Shown: positions 1 through 8,511, counted from the first letter of the stretch. The stretch: 64,000 nt of DNA from an uncultured Candidatus Saccharibacteria bacterium (GCA_964600985.1 CAZRJR010000001.1:147270-211269); one strand, 5' to 3'. Made by a program: numbers and translations. The notes: a model not told the origin generated them from the letters alone.

Positions 1-1
1 G

Positions 2-1336
2 TATTTTCAAAAGAATCATCGCGACATTAAAACGCCGATTTTGGTGGAGAACATTGCCGATGTCGATTGGATTGTAACTAGCTCAGAGATCGAAGCACTC
101 TTCCTGGAATCGGAATTAGTGAAACGCCATAAGCCACTCTATAACATCGAGCTGCGTGATGACAAAAACTTCCTCTACATAAAAGTTACGACCAACGAGG
201 ATTTCCCCAGAGTGAGCTATGTGCGCCGGCCACAGGACGACAAGGCAACTTACTTCGGTCCATTCATATCGGGCGGAAGTGTGCGCACAGCAATGCGCTA
301 CCTGCGTCGTATTTTTCCCTACATTACTGATGCAGCCTGGCCCAATGTGAGTGCTCTGCAGCACCAGATTGGTGTATCGCCTCCACCCGACATTAGCTCG
401 GCAGAGTACAAAGCCAACATTCGCAAGCTCATGATGGTGCTAAGAGGAGACAGTACTAAGCTTGTGCGAGAGGTAGAACGCGACATGAACAAGGCTGCAA
501 AGGCCATAGACTACGAAGCTGCCGCCAAGCTACGCGATCAATACCTAGCGCTTAAGTCCTTGGCTCAAAAAACGGTGTTTGGCAAGGAAGAAACCTTCGA
601 CATTACGCTCGATCAGGCATTGAGTGGCTTAGCGCAGCGCCTTGGTTTACCCGAACCGCCAAAGCGGATTGAGGCATATGATATTTCCAACTTTGCTGGC
701 GGTGATGCGGTCAGTAGTATGATCGTATTTACCAATGGCCTACCAGATCATCGAGAGTACCGGCACTTTAAGATGCGCACCAAAGGCCCAAACGACTTTG
801 CGATGATGCAAGAGACTATGCGCCGGCGCTTTAGCGGCAAGCACGACTGGCGGCTGCCGGACGTAATACTGATTGATGGTGGCAAAGGGCAGCTTTCGGC
901 AGTTAATGAAGTCTTGATGGAGCTAGGTGTAAAGATTCCTCGCTTTGGCTTGGCTAAGCGGTACGAAGAGGTGATTCGGCTGAGCGACCAAGTGCAAGCG
1001 GCGGCCAGCATTCGACCCCAAGAAGGTGATGAATTGGTGCAGGAAGACACGTTTACCACACTGCGAATTCGTCATAGTTCACCTACCTTGCAGCTGTTGC
1101 AGCGAGTGCGAGACGAGGCTCACAGGTTTGCGGTGAGTTATCACACACATTTGCGAGACAAACGCACTAAGACCTCGGAACTTGATAATGTGCGGGGGGT
1201 AGGGCCAGTTTCGCGGCGTAAATTAGTGCGGGCCTTCGGCAGTGTAGCCGGCGTACGACGAGCTTCGCTAGCTGAGCTCCAGCAGGTGGTAGGGGCTACT
1301 GCAGTTGCGGTGTACGAGGCCCTCCACACTGATTGA
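2..1336 (+). CDS. uvrC: Excinuclease ABC subunit C, 5'-truncated at the window edge. The C-terminal part of the GIY-YIG domain, the UvrBC-interacting region and the RNase H-like/HhH C-terminus are present.
   Basis: Open frame runs from position 2 with no stop. The motif EALFLESELVKRHKPLYNIELRDDK is typical of the end of the UvrC GIY-YIG domain. The C-terminal HhH region (ELDNVRGVGPVSRRKLVRAFGS) is recognisable. Confidence 0.85.
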   Translation, partial: YFQKNHRDIKTPILVENIADVDWIVTSSEIEALFLESELVKRHKPLYNIELRDDKNFLYIKVTTNEDFPRVSYVRRPQDDKATYFGPFISGGSVRTAMRYLRRIFPYITDAAWPNVSALQHQIGVSPPPDISSAEYKANIRKLMMVLRGDSTKLVREVERDMNKAAKAIDYEAAAKLRDQYLALKSLAQKTVFGKEETFDITLDQALSGLAQRLGLPEPPKRIEAYDISNFAGGDAVSSMIVFTNGLPDHREYRHFKMRTKGPNDFAMMQETMRRRFSGKHDWRLPDVILIDGGKGQLSAVNEVLMELGVKIPRFGLAKRYEEVIRLSDQVQAAASIRPQEGDELVQEDTFTTLRIRHSSPTLQLLQRVRDEAHRFAVSYHTHLRDKRTKTSELDNVRGVGPVSRRKLVRAFGSVAGVRRASLAELQQVVGATAVAVYEALHTD

Positions 1337-1387
1337 GTCGGCGGTAGCAAGAACGACGCTAGAGCGCGAATATGCTATACTGAAGGA

Positions 1388-1744
1388 ATGCTAAAGCGCT
1401 TCTTTCTTAGCTGGGGAGCGAACTTTGTGGGGTTGGCGCTAGCGGCCTTATTCTTCTCCGGCATACAGTATCAGGACAAAATTAGAGTACTAGTGGTGGC
1501 GAGTCTGATTTTTGGCTTAGTCAATGCCCTGATTCGACCGGCAGTGGTTATACTTTCTTTGCCCGCAATTGTGCTCACCCTGGGGCTCTTTACCCTGGTG
1601 GTGAATACCGCTATGCTATATATAACGAGCGCGATCTATAAGCCGTTTCAGGTAACAAGCGTGTGGGCTGCCCTGGGTGCAGTGCTTGTGGTGTGGCTCG
1701 TAAACTACGTAATGGTAAGTCTTATAAAGGAACCAAAGTCGTGA
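1388..1744 (+). CDS. Small four-TM membrane protein, DUF360 (phage-holin superfamily IV-like).
   Basis: 118 aa with four hydrophobic segments. The pattern GLVNALIRP..LTLGLFTLVVN is typical of DUF360/YvlD-like proteins. Confidence 0.55.
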   Translation: MLKRFFLSWGANFVGLALAALFFSGIQYQDKIRVLVVASLIFGLVNALIRPAVVILSLPAIVLTLGLFTLVVNTAMLYITSAIYKPFQVTSVWAALGAVLVVWLVNYVMVSLIKEPKS

Positions 1745-1959
1745 AGCAATTATTGCAGTACATTACCCTCATATCTGCGGTACTCTTGGTGGTAGTTATA
1801 CTTCTACAGAACCAAGGTGCTGGCTTAGGTGGGGCATGGGGTGGAGAAGGTAACTTCTATCGTTCCAAGCGCGGTGCCGAGAAAGCGCTGTTTGTGGGGA
1901 CTATTGTGATCGCTATAGTGTTTGTGGCAAGTTTGCTGGGCGGTCTACTCGTTAAGTAA
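1741..1959 (+). CDS. secG: Preprotein translocase subunit SecG. The start is likely the GTG at 1741, overlapping the upstream stop.
   Basis: About 72 aa with two TM segments and the LLQ..G.GLGGAWGG...F motif of SecG. The longer annotated ORF (1663..1959) overlaps the upstream gene and is less likely. Confidence 0.6.
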   Translation: MKQLLQYITLISAVLLVVVILLQNQGAGLGGAWGGEGNFYRSKRGAEKALFVGTIVIAIVFVASLLGGLLVK

Positions 1960-3693
1960 ATGCTGTCGTATATTAAATTCCGCTGGCATCGGCAGATTCG
2001 GCGTTTGCGCAAACGACTCTGGGTGGGGCGGCGTTGGCTTAGTAATTATCTAGATAGGCACGTGTATGGCGCCTGGCAAAAGCTTGGTCCGCTGCGTTGG
2101 ATGTTTGTAGCATGGCTGGGGATTGTAGTCTTTGCCCTGTGGGGTGTGCTTGCTGGCATTGGCAAGCTAGACTCATACTTTGTTACTACCCAGCCGGTAC
2201 CTGGCGGGATTTATACCGAAGGCTTATTGGGTGAAGTACGCATTGTGAACCCAATTTTACCTGAGAATACCGCCACGAGTGATGTCGATAAGCTGGTGTT
2301 TAATGGTCTCACCAGGGTGAATACACAGCGCCAAATCGAACCAGATTTGGCCGAGCGCTGGGATGTATCGGCCGACCAAAAGACGTATACGTTCTACTTA
2401 CGCAAGGGAGTGAGTTGGCACGATGGTCAGCCGTTTACAGCCAAAGACGTTGCCTTTACTGTAGCGGCTATACAGAACCCTGATAGCAAGTCACCGCTGT
2501 CGGCCAATTGGCAGGGTATTAAGTACGAGGTGGTAGACGATAGCACGGTTAAGTTTGTGTTACCCAATAGTTATTCGTCATTTTTGTCGGCTACCACGGT
2601 AGGTATATTGCCGCACCACTTACTGGACTCCATCCGTCTCTCTACACTCCGTATCAATCCATTTAGCCAGCATCCCGTCGGTACTGGGCCCTACGCATTG
2701 TCCAGCCTAAGCAACGATAGTGGCTTAATAGTTTTAAAGGCTAATCAGCAGTACTTCCGGGGTAAGCCACTTATAGACGAGGTGCACTTTGCACTGTATA
2801 GTAGCCCGGCTGCACTGCTCGACGGCTATGCACGTAAGCAGATCTTGGGCATATCCGAGCTTAATCCCGACCAGTTGGCGATGGCCAAGAAGAACGACAA
2901 TCTCACGGTAAATGCCTTTAGTTTACCTGCCTACGTGGGTTTGTTCTTTAATACCAAAACACCATACCTGGCAGACGCTACTACCCGACAGGCAATCGCT
3001 CGGGCAATTGATCGCAAGCGTATTATAAGTAGTGCATTGTCTGATTCTGCTGTGCCCATTTATTATCCGCTTCTGCCGGGACAAGCAGGGTTTAATGCTA
3101 AGGCGGCGCGCTATAGCTACGACCCTACTGCTGCGGCAGCGGTACTCAAGACTAAAAAGCCCGCGCAGCCCCTGCGACTCGTAACACTTAAATCGCCAGA
3201 ATACAGTGCAGTAGCGCACGAAGTAGCCCAGGAGCTCAATCTTGCCGGCATACCAGTTGTGGTTACAGAGGCCGACATAGTCAGCTTGCAGCAGAATAAT
3301 ATACGGGCTCGTAATTACGACTTGTTACTGTATGGTCAGAATGCCGGTGTGGATTCCGACGTGTATTCGTTCTGGCACTCAAGCCAGGCGGCCGACCCGG
3401 GTCTGAATGTGTCGAATTACAAAAACGCCGAAGCCGATAAGCTCCTTGAGGCTGCCCGTTTGGCTCGGGATGCTAATTTGCGCGCTGCCAAATACGCAAG
3501 CTTTGTCGATGTATGGGCCAAAGACGCCCCGGCCGTATTGCTGTATAGCCCACGCTACCTATATGGCCAAGATGACCGCGTAGAGGGCTTAGTGGTAGGT
3601 AAGATTGCCGAGCCAAGTGATCGATTCTACCAGATAGAAAAGTGGTCTATGCGCCGAGCTCGTGTGCTCAAGCGCGACGCCGCGACCGAATAG
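1960..3693 (+). CDS. ABC transporter substrate-binding protein, family 5 (peptide/nickel type), with an N-terminal membrane anchor.
   Basis: 577 aa. An N-terminal TM helix is followed by an SBP_bac_5-like core (VFNGLTRV, YTFYLRKGVSWHDGQPFTAKDV, LLYG..AG.DSDVYSFWHSS). Confidence 0.8.
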   Translation: MLSYIKFRWHRQIRRLRKRLWVGRRWLSNYLDRHVYGAWQKLGPLRWMFVAWLGIVVFALWGVLAGIGKLDSYFVTTQPVPGGIYTEGLLGEVRIVNPILPENTATSDVDKLVFNGLTRVNTQRQIEPDLAERWDVSADQKTYTFYLRKGVSWHDGQPFTAKDVAFTVAAIQNPDSKSPLSANWQGIKYEVVDDSTVKFVLPNSYSSFLSATTVGILPHHLLDSIRLSTLRINPFSQHPVGTGPYALSSLSNDSGLIVLKANQQYFRGKPLIDEVHFALYSSPAALLDGYARKQILGISELNPDQLAMAKKNDNLTVNAFSLPAYVGLFFNTKTPYLADATTRQAIARAIDRKRIISSALSDSAVPIYYPLLPGQAGFNAKAARYSYDPTAAAAVLKTKKPAQPLRLVTLKSPEYSAVAHEVAQELNLAGIPVVVTEADIVSLQQNNIRARNYDLLLYGQNAGVDSDVYSFWHSSQAADPGLNVSNYKNAEADKLLEAARLARDANLRAAKYASFVDVWAKDAPAVLLYSPRYLYGQDDRVEGLVVGKIAEPSDRFYQIEKWSMRRARVLKRDAATE

Positions 3694-3757
3694 ACTCTGG
3701 GCACACGCTATAGCCTGTAGTACAATGCAATATGTTCTATATGTGGATCCGTATATT

Positions 3758-3970
3758 TGCCGCGGTGGTGCTGCGTGGATGTAAATATGTGTAGACACCA
3801 GCGTGTCACGGGGTTTAGTCTAGATTAGTATCCGACAGATTTTTAAAAGTAACAATACAATATACCGCGGTGGTGCTGCGTGAGAAACGTAAATATGTGT
3901 AGACACGAGCGTGTTGGCGGCGTAATCTGGGTGAGTATCCGACAGATCTTTAAGAGTAACAATAAAGTAT
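3758..3970 (+). repeat. Two tandem degenerate units of about 105 bp each. Each unit is a decayed copy of the tRNA-Leu 5' half plus its upstream promoter-like segment, lying immediately 5' of the intact tRNA-Leu(CAG).
   Basis: Unit 1 and unit 2 both begin ccgcggtggtgctgcgtg, contain gtaaatatgtgtagacac.agcgtg, and end gtatccgacagat.tttaa.agtaacaata.a.tat. The intact tRNA starts gccgcggtggtggaatggtagacacgctagc. Confidence 0.7.
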
Positions 3971-4056
3971 GCCGCGGTGGTGGAATGGTAGACACGCTAG
4001 CTTCAGGTGCTAGTGGGAGCAATCCTGTGGAGGTTCGAGTCCTCTCCGCGGTACCA
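3971..4056 (+). tRNA. tRNA-Leu (anticodon CAG), type II with a long variable arm. CCA is encoded.
   Basis: Acceptor stem GCCGCGG/CCGCGGT, anticodon stem-loop CTAGC-TTCAGGT-GCTAG, T-arm GGTTCGAGTCC. Closely resembles E. coli tRNA-Leu(CAG). Confidence 0.9.
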
Positions 4057-4098
4057 GCATAAAGCCCCAAGATAAGCTTGGGGCTTTATGCTGGTATG
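4057..4098. terminator. Bidirectional rho-independent terminator hairpin between tRNA-Leu and the convergent Rpf-like gene.
   Basis: gcataaagcccc aagataagctt ggggctttatgc: a 12-bp perfect inverted repeat flanked by A/T. Confidence 0.6.
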
Positions 4099-4110
4099 AA
4101 AGTTAGATAG

Positions 4111-4986
4111 CTAGGCTCGTGAGTAAATAAAGTTATAGCCTTTGTCGGTATTGCGGTCCCAGGTGTAGTAGGGGCTAAACAGGTAGAAGATGTTTTGGTA
4201 GGCATTTACACCGGCCTTTTGGTTCTCGTAGGTGCCGTCCTTGCTGTGTTCGGGGTTATTAGTGGTTTTAATGAGTGTGGAGCCCTCTGGTATGCCGCTT
4301 GTAGGGCGCAGGCAGAATGTAGTGCCACTCGGTACGCTTATGCTGAATTTACCCTCGGCGTTCGTCTTGGTGGTAAAGTCTTCGTAACAGGTCTGGAGCG
4401 TAACATCGGCCTGCGGTTGATCGTTTATGGTAATCTGCCCGGTAATGGTCACATTGTACGAGGCGACAGGGATAGTGGGTAGTAAGTCTGGTAGGGCCAG
4501 TGGTACAGGCTTGGGGGTGGCAGCACTAGACCAGCAGTAGTACGACGCGTTCCATGGTTGAGTGCCCCGGCGCGAAAAAGCCACACGGAAGGCTTCATCT
4601 TGTACAGCTGGTGGTGCATCGGACGCCTTGGGGTACTGGGCGGCTGTTTCGGCACTTACATTGCTGCGCCAGGTACCAATGTCGAACTGATAAGCGCCAT
4701 AGTGGGCAATACCATTAAAGGCAGTATAGTTGGGCGTACTGTTGGGCCCACTACCGCTTTCGCAGCCAGCTATGCGGGTGCGCCAATAATCTACATTGTC
4801 GGTATAAACCACGTAGCTGCCAGCTAGGCTGCGGTAAATTATATATACGCCGCAAAGGCAAAAAAGTGCAATAAATGCGTACAAAATAGGGTTACGGTGA
4901 TGTTGAACCTTGTGGCGGTGGTGCACCAGGTGCTTTTTATGATGTGGATGTTGATGCGCGTGGCGAGTTTTGTGTTTTTGTGGCAT
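4111..4986 (-). CDS. Membrane-anchored Rpf-like transglycosylase with a histidine-rich N-terminus and a C-terminal domain of unknown function.
   Basis: N-terminus HAHQHPHHKKHLVHHRHKVQHHRN is followed by a TM helix. The sequence IAGCESGSGPNSTPNYTAFNGIAHYGAYQFDIGTW matches the CESGG..N..YGGLQF..TW signature of resuscitation-promoting-factor/transglycosylase-like domains. Confidence 0.7.
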   Translation of the reverse strand: MPQKHKTRHAHQHPHHKKHLVHHRHKVQHHRNPILYAFIALFCLCGVYIIYRSLAGSYVVYTDNVDYWRTRIAGCESGSGPNSTPNYTAFNGIAHYGAYQFDIGTWRSNVSAETAAQYPKASDAPPAVQDEAFRVAFSRRGTQPWNASYYCWSSAATPKPVPLALPDLLPTIPVASYNVTITGQITINDQPQADVTLQTCYEDFTTKTNAEGKFSISVPSGTTFCLRPTSGIPEGSTLIKTTNNPEHSKDGTYENQKAGVNAYQNIFYLFSPYYTWDRNTDKGYNFIYSRA

Positions 4987-5046
4987 ATGCGTGTGTTAAC
5001 TTACTCCAAATATATAATGCTTATGTATATGTGTCAACAACTACGT

Positions 5047-6759
5047 ATGTCGCAGTATTCAAGCATAAGCAAAATTGGTATACTGGCAGATATGAAGGAC
5101 GTAGTAAACGAACTCGGCAGCTTACTTCTAGGGGAGATCACCACAGATTCTGCGGCGCGGGATTACTTTGCAACCGACGGTAGTGTGTTCGAGCTTAAAC
5201 CCCAAGTTGTAATTTACCCCAAGACCGAAAACGACGTTGTCCTGGCCGTAAAATACCTCGAAGCTAAGGCAAAGGCCGGCGAAAAGATCAGCCTTACCTC
5301 TCGCGGTAAAGGTACGGACCAAGGTGGTGGCGCACTGGGCGATGGCGCCCTCCTGGTTATGCCGGCCCATATGAAGCGCTTTGTGCGCATGGGTAAGCGC
5401 AGCATCACGGTAGAGTCGGGCATGATTTACCTTGAACTACAAGGCATACTCCACAGTCATGGTCGGTGGCTGCCACCGTACCCAGCCAGTATCGACTTCG
5501 CTACTATAGGCGGTGCAGTGGCAAACAACTCGGCCGGTGAGAAGACGATTAAGTACGGGTCTACACGCGACTACGTGCAGTCACTCAGGGTGGTGCTAAG
5601 CAATGGTGATGTGATTACCACCCGACGCTTAAGTCGTAAGGAGTTGGCTGCCAAGAAGCGCCAAGACGACTTTGAGGGAGAAATTTATCGACAGCTCGAT
5701 GAGCTCCTGAAGGCTAATAAGCAGATTATTAATGCCGCCCCGCCACAGACAAGCAAGAACTCAGCGGGCTATGATCTGTGGGATGTGAGGGGCCGCAACG
5801 GATCGTTTGATCTCTCGCAACTCATTGTGGGCTCGCAAGGCACACTTGGGGTAGTTACCGAAGCTACTTTGCGCACCGAAAAGCTCAACGAGCACACTAT
5901 TCTACTTACAGGGTTCTTTGAAACGGTCGAGGCTATGGCCGAGGCGGTGGATAAGATTATGCCGCTTGGTCCAAGTGCGCTCGAGGTGGTAGACTACCAT
6001 TTGCTTAAGTTCTTGCGCGATCACCACAACCACATTATTGATGGCTTAATCCCCGAGAAGTTACCAGCAGTAGCTTTGCTTGTGGAGTTCGACGACACCA
6101 AGCAGTCGCGTAGGTTGCGCAAGGCGCACAAGGTAGCCAAGGTGTTTCACGAACTAACCTACCAGTCTGGCTATGCGACTGATCCTGATGAACAAGCCGC
6201 CCTGTGGAAGATTCGCCGCAGCGCCGCCGCAGTTATATGGATGTACAACGGCCCCAAAAAAGCCCTACCAATTGTGGAGGACGGTGTAGTGCCGCTAAAG
6301 AATATGCCGGAGTTCTTGCGGGAGGTATACAAGCTGTTTGATAAGTACAAGATCCAAACTGCGGTGTGGGGACATGCGGGTAATGCCAACTTCCACCTGC
6401 AGCCATTCTTAGACCTCTCGAACTTTCGTGATCGCAAAAAGATATTTAAGCTCATGGATGAGTTTTACAAGTTGGTCATTCGGCTCGAGGGCTCTACTTG
6501 TGGTGAACACAACGACGGCATTCTGCGTGGCCCCTACCTTAAAAAGCTCTATGGTGCAGAGATCTTCGACCTGTTTTGTAAAGTCAAAGAACTGTTTGAT
6601 CCCTACAACTTTCTAAACCCTGGTGTTAAAACGGGAGCTACTCTAGAAGATGCCGAGGTGCATTTGCGCCGCGAATACTCCATGAAGCACCTCCACGACT
6701 TCTTCCCGAGCCTGAGCCACACCAAGCCCAAAGCTGTTAAAAAAGAAGAGTTTTTGTAG
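5047..6759 (+). CDS. FAD-binding oxidoreductase (FAD-linked oxidase, GlcD/D-lactate dehydrogenase-like). The true start is probably ATG 5047 or ATG 5092, not the 4897 start of the annotated ORF.
   Basis: FAD_binding_4 (PCMH) signature RGKGTDQGGGALGDGALLVM...GGAVANNSAGEKTIKYGSTRDYV and a C-terminal FAD-oxidase domain. The 4897 start would overlap the divergent upstream gene, and its first 50 aa are an implausible Met/Trp-rich leader. Confidence 0.8.
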   Translation: MSQYSSISKIGILADMKDVVNELGSLLLGEITTDSAARDYFATDGSVFELKPQVVIYPKTENDVVLAVKYLEAKAKAGEKISLTSRGKGTDQGGGALGDGALLVMPAHMKRFVRMGKRSITVESGMIYLELQGILHSHGRWLPPYPASIDFATIGGAVANNSAGEKTIKYGSTRDYVQSLRVVLSNGDVITTRRLSRKELAAKKRQDDFEGEIYRQLDELLKANKQIINAAPPQTSKNSAGYDLWDVRGRNGSFDLSQLIVGSQGTLGVVTEATLRTEKLNEHTILLTGFFETVEAMAEAVDKIMPLGPSALEVVDYHLLKFLRDHHNHIIDGLIPEKLPAVALLVEFDDTKQSRRLRKAHKVAKVFHELTYQSGYATDPDEQAALWKIRRSAAAVIWMYNGPKKALPIVEDGVVPLKNMPEFLREVYKLFDKYKIQTAVWGHAGNANFHLQPFLDLSNFRDRKKIFKLMDEFYKLVIRLEGSTCGEHNDGILRGPYLKKLYGAEIFDLFCKVKELFDPYNFLNPGVKTGATLEDAEVHLRREYSMKHLHDFFPSLSHTKPKAVKKEEFL

Positions 6760-6780
6760 TACAATAGCCTAGTTCATTTT

Positions 6781-6848
6781 GCGCGGTCGTGGCGGAACAG
6801 TAGACGCGCTAGCCCCGAAGGCCTCGCCTGGGAAAGTAAGATTGAGGG
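6781..6848 (+). pseudogene. tRNA-Leu 5'-half pseudo-copy (acceptor, D-arm and anticodon-stem start) with no T-arm.
   Basis: gcgcggtcgtggcggaacagtagacgcgctagcc parallels the 5' half of the downstream tRNA-Leu (gcggacgtggtggaatggtagacacgctagct). No GGTTCGA T-arm follows. Confidence 0.55.
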
Positions 6849-6900
6849 CTAGATGAGCATCGACCGATAAGTAATCACATTAAAAACAGAATATCTATGT

Positions 6901-6990
6901 GCGGACGTGGTGGAATGGTAGACACGCTAGCTTGAGGGGCTAGTGCCTAATATATCAGGCGTGGAAGTTCGAGTCTTCTCGTCCGCACCA
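6901..6990 (+). tRNA. tRNA-Leu (anticodon GAG), type II. CCA is encoded.
   Basis: Acceptor GCGGACG/CGTCCGC, anticodon stem-loop CTAGC-TTGAGGG-GCTAG, long variable arm, T-arm GAAGTTCGAGTCTTC. Confidence 0.88.
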
Positions 6991-7011
6991 GCAATTATTT
7001 TGGAGAGCACT

Positions 7012-7590
7012 ATGAAACTGTTTTTAATTAGACACGGAGAAACCACTGGAGATGTTGAAGATCGTTACGGCGGTAGTTATGACGACGATCTAACTACAAG
7101 GGGTCGAGAGCAGGCTGAGGATCTTGCAGATAAGTTAGCCGGTGAAAGTATTCAGAAGATTTTTTGCAGCCCTCTCGCTCGAGCTCGACAAACTGCAGAA
7201 TTTGTCCGCGCTAAGACTAACGCTGACTTAGTCGAGCTGCATGATGTTCGTGAACGGAACCACTACGGAATACTGAGTGGTATGACGAAGGCCGAAGCGA
7301 AGCGTGACTATCCTGAGCTGGTTGAGCTTGTTGCAGATAAGCTTAGTACTGTGGAGGGTGGCGAGTCGTACCACGATTTTGGCGCTAGAGTTGAGTCAGC
7401 CTTTGCTGAAATTAAGAATTCTAACCACGATACGGTGGCGGTACTAACTCACGGAGGAGTACTGCGTTATATCTTCCGAGACATATTAGGACTAGGTGAG
7501 ATAAAAGTAGGTGATTGTGGTTATGCGGAATTCAGGATTGTCGACGGTAGCCCGGAGTTGGTTAAGGCTCAAGGGATTAAGATACTCTAA
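7012..7590 (+). CDS. Histidine phosphatase family protein (phosphoglycerate mutase-like).
   Basis: MKLFLIRHGETTGDVEDRYGG...LTHGGVLRYI contains the RHGE catalytic motif. RBS ggagag lies 5 nt upstream of ATG 7012. The longer 6943 start would overlap the tRNA. Confidence 0.8.
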   Translation: MKLFLIRHGETTGDVEDRYGGSYDDDLTTRGREQAEDLADKLAGESIQKIFCSPLARARQTAEFVRAKTNADLVELHDVRERNHYGILSGMTKAEAKRDYPELVELVADKLSTVEGGESYHDFGARVESAFAEIKNSNHDTVAVLTHGGVLRYIFRDILGLGEIKVGDCGYAEFRIVDGSPELVKAQGIKIL

Positions 7591-8422
7591 AGTTCTTCGC
7601 GGCTTCTACCACATTGTTAAGTAGCATAATTACCGTAAGTGGCCCTACGCCGCCAGGTACCGGGGTAATAAATTCGGCCTTCTGTTTCACTGCGTCAAAG
7701 TCTACATCGCCAGCTAGTTTGCCAACTGATTCGTTAATTCCTACATCTACTACGGCTGTACCTGGTTTAATCATATCGGCCGTGACCAAGTTGCGACTCC
7801 CGGCAGCACTAATTACAATATCGGATTGCAGAGTTAGGCCCGGTATATCGGGGGTCTGCTTGTGCGCGACCAGCACCCTTGCTCCTCGTTGCTTAAGGAG
7901 GTGGGCAAGTGGTTTACCAACTAGGTTACTTCGGCCAATCACGCAAGCTGTTTTGTTGGCCACTGGTATATCTGCGCTTTCTAAAATCGCTATTACTCCA
8001 AGTGGGGTAGCGGGCACAGTGCCAGGCCGGCCATGTTCGAGCGCATCTTGGCTGGCGGAGGTAAGGCCATCTACATCCTTAGTGGGTGGAATGCAGTCAA
8101 TCAGGTCTTGTGGGTCATACCAGCCAGCTAAGGGTAGCTGACAAATTATGCCGTGCACGTCGGCGCGCTTGGCAGTTTCTTTGACGAACACTTTGCTACC
8201 ATGCTCGGTTTTGCCTGCTAGATTATAATACTCCGTGGCAATGCCCACCTCTTCGGCGCGTCGTTGCTTCATACGTATGTATACCTGAGCCCGCTCGTCG
8301 GGAGCCACTCCAACAATCACGAGCCGGGGAACTATACCTTGTTCCTTCAATCGAACAACCTCACTCGTAAGCCCTGTGGCTATGGAGTCGGCTAGTTGTT
8401 TTCCGTTTAACACTTTAGTCAT
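7577..8422 (-). CDS. folD: Bifunctional 5,10-methylene-tetrahydrofolate dehydrogenase/cyclohydrolase.
   Basis: Full-length similarity to FolD (MTKVLNGKQLA..., NAD(P)-binding GRSNLVGKPLA, PGGVGP motif). Start set at the Met matching FolD N-termini; the longer ORF start is unsupported. Confidence 0.9.
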   Translation of the reverse strand: MTKVLNGKQLADSIATGLTSEVVRLKEQGIVPRLVIVGVAPDERAQVYIRMKQRRAEEVGIATEYYNLAGKTEHGSKVFVKETAKRADVHGIICQLPLAGWYDPQDLIDCIPPTKDVDGLTSASQDALEHGRPGTVPATPLGVIAILESADIPVANKTACVIGRSNLVGKPLAHLLKQRGARVLVAHKQTPDIPGLTLQSDIVISAAGSRNLVTADMIKPGTAVVDVGINESVGKLAGDVDFDAVKQKAEFITPVPGGVGPLTVIMLLNNVVEAAKNFRVS

Positions 8423-8440
8423 GCTCGTTATTGTAACAAA

Positions 8441-8466
8441 AAAGACCCTCAAGCGGGTCTTTTTAT
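8441..8466. terminator. Strong hairpin flanked by T-runs on both strands. It lies 18 nt upstream of the folD start codon, on the minus strand.
   Basis: aaaaagaccctc aagc gggtctttttat. Confidence 0.55.
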
Positions 8467-8473
8467 AAGTACT

Positions 8474-8490
8474 GGTGGGTGATGAGGGGT
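8474..8490 (-). repeat. 17-nt direct repeat of the 3' end of tRNA-Val(TAC), from the T-stem 3' strand through CCA. It lies 152 bp downstream of that tRNA gene.
   Basis: tggtgggtgatgagggg at 8474-8490 is identical to the first 17 nt of the tRNA gene at 8642-8658 (plus-strand reading). Confidence 0.75.
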
Positions 8491-8511
8491 GGTTGCTGGC
8501 GCAACCTTCGT

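Noticed and set aside
116-1350. Several 60-100 aa antisense ORFs inside uvrC (116-364, 319-507, 748-1059, 1141-1350). Similar antisense or out-of-frame ORFs lie inside ligA, gatA, dnaE, clpC, PBP, rpoB, rpoC, fusA, tuf and other genes.
   Set aside because: All lie wholly within well-supported conserved genes on the opposite strand or in an alternate frame. They have low-complexity or Ser/Arg/Pro-rich translations and no RBS. They are typical spurious shadows of GC-balanced coding sequence.
3880-4070. A 60-aa + ORF and a 75-aa minus ORF spanning the tRNA-Leu(CAG) repeat region.
   Set aside because: They run across the tandem tRNA-fragment repeats and the tRNA gene itself. They are an artefact of the repeat.
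4897-5046. The long N-terminal extension (MMLNLVAVVHQVLFMMWMLM...) of the FAD-oxidase ORF.
   Set aside because: It overlaps the divergent Rpf-like gene start, is Met/Trp-rich and un-protein-like, and the conserved domain begins after ATG 5047/5092. A promoter-like TATAAT sits just upstream of 5047.
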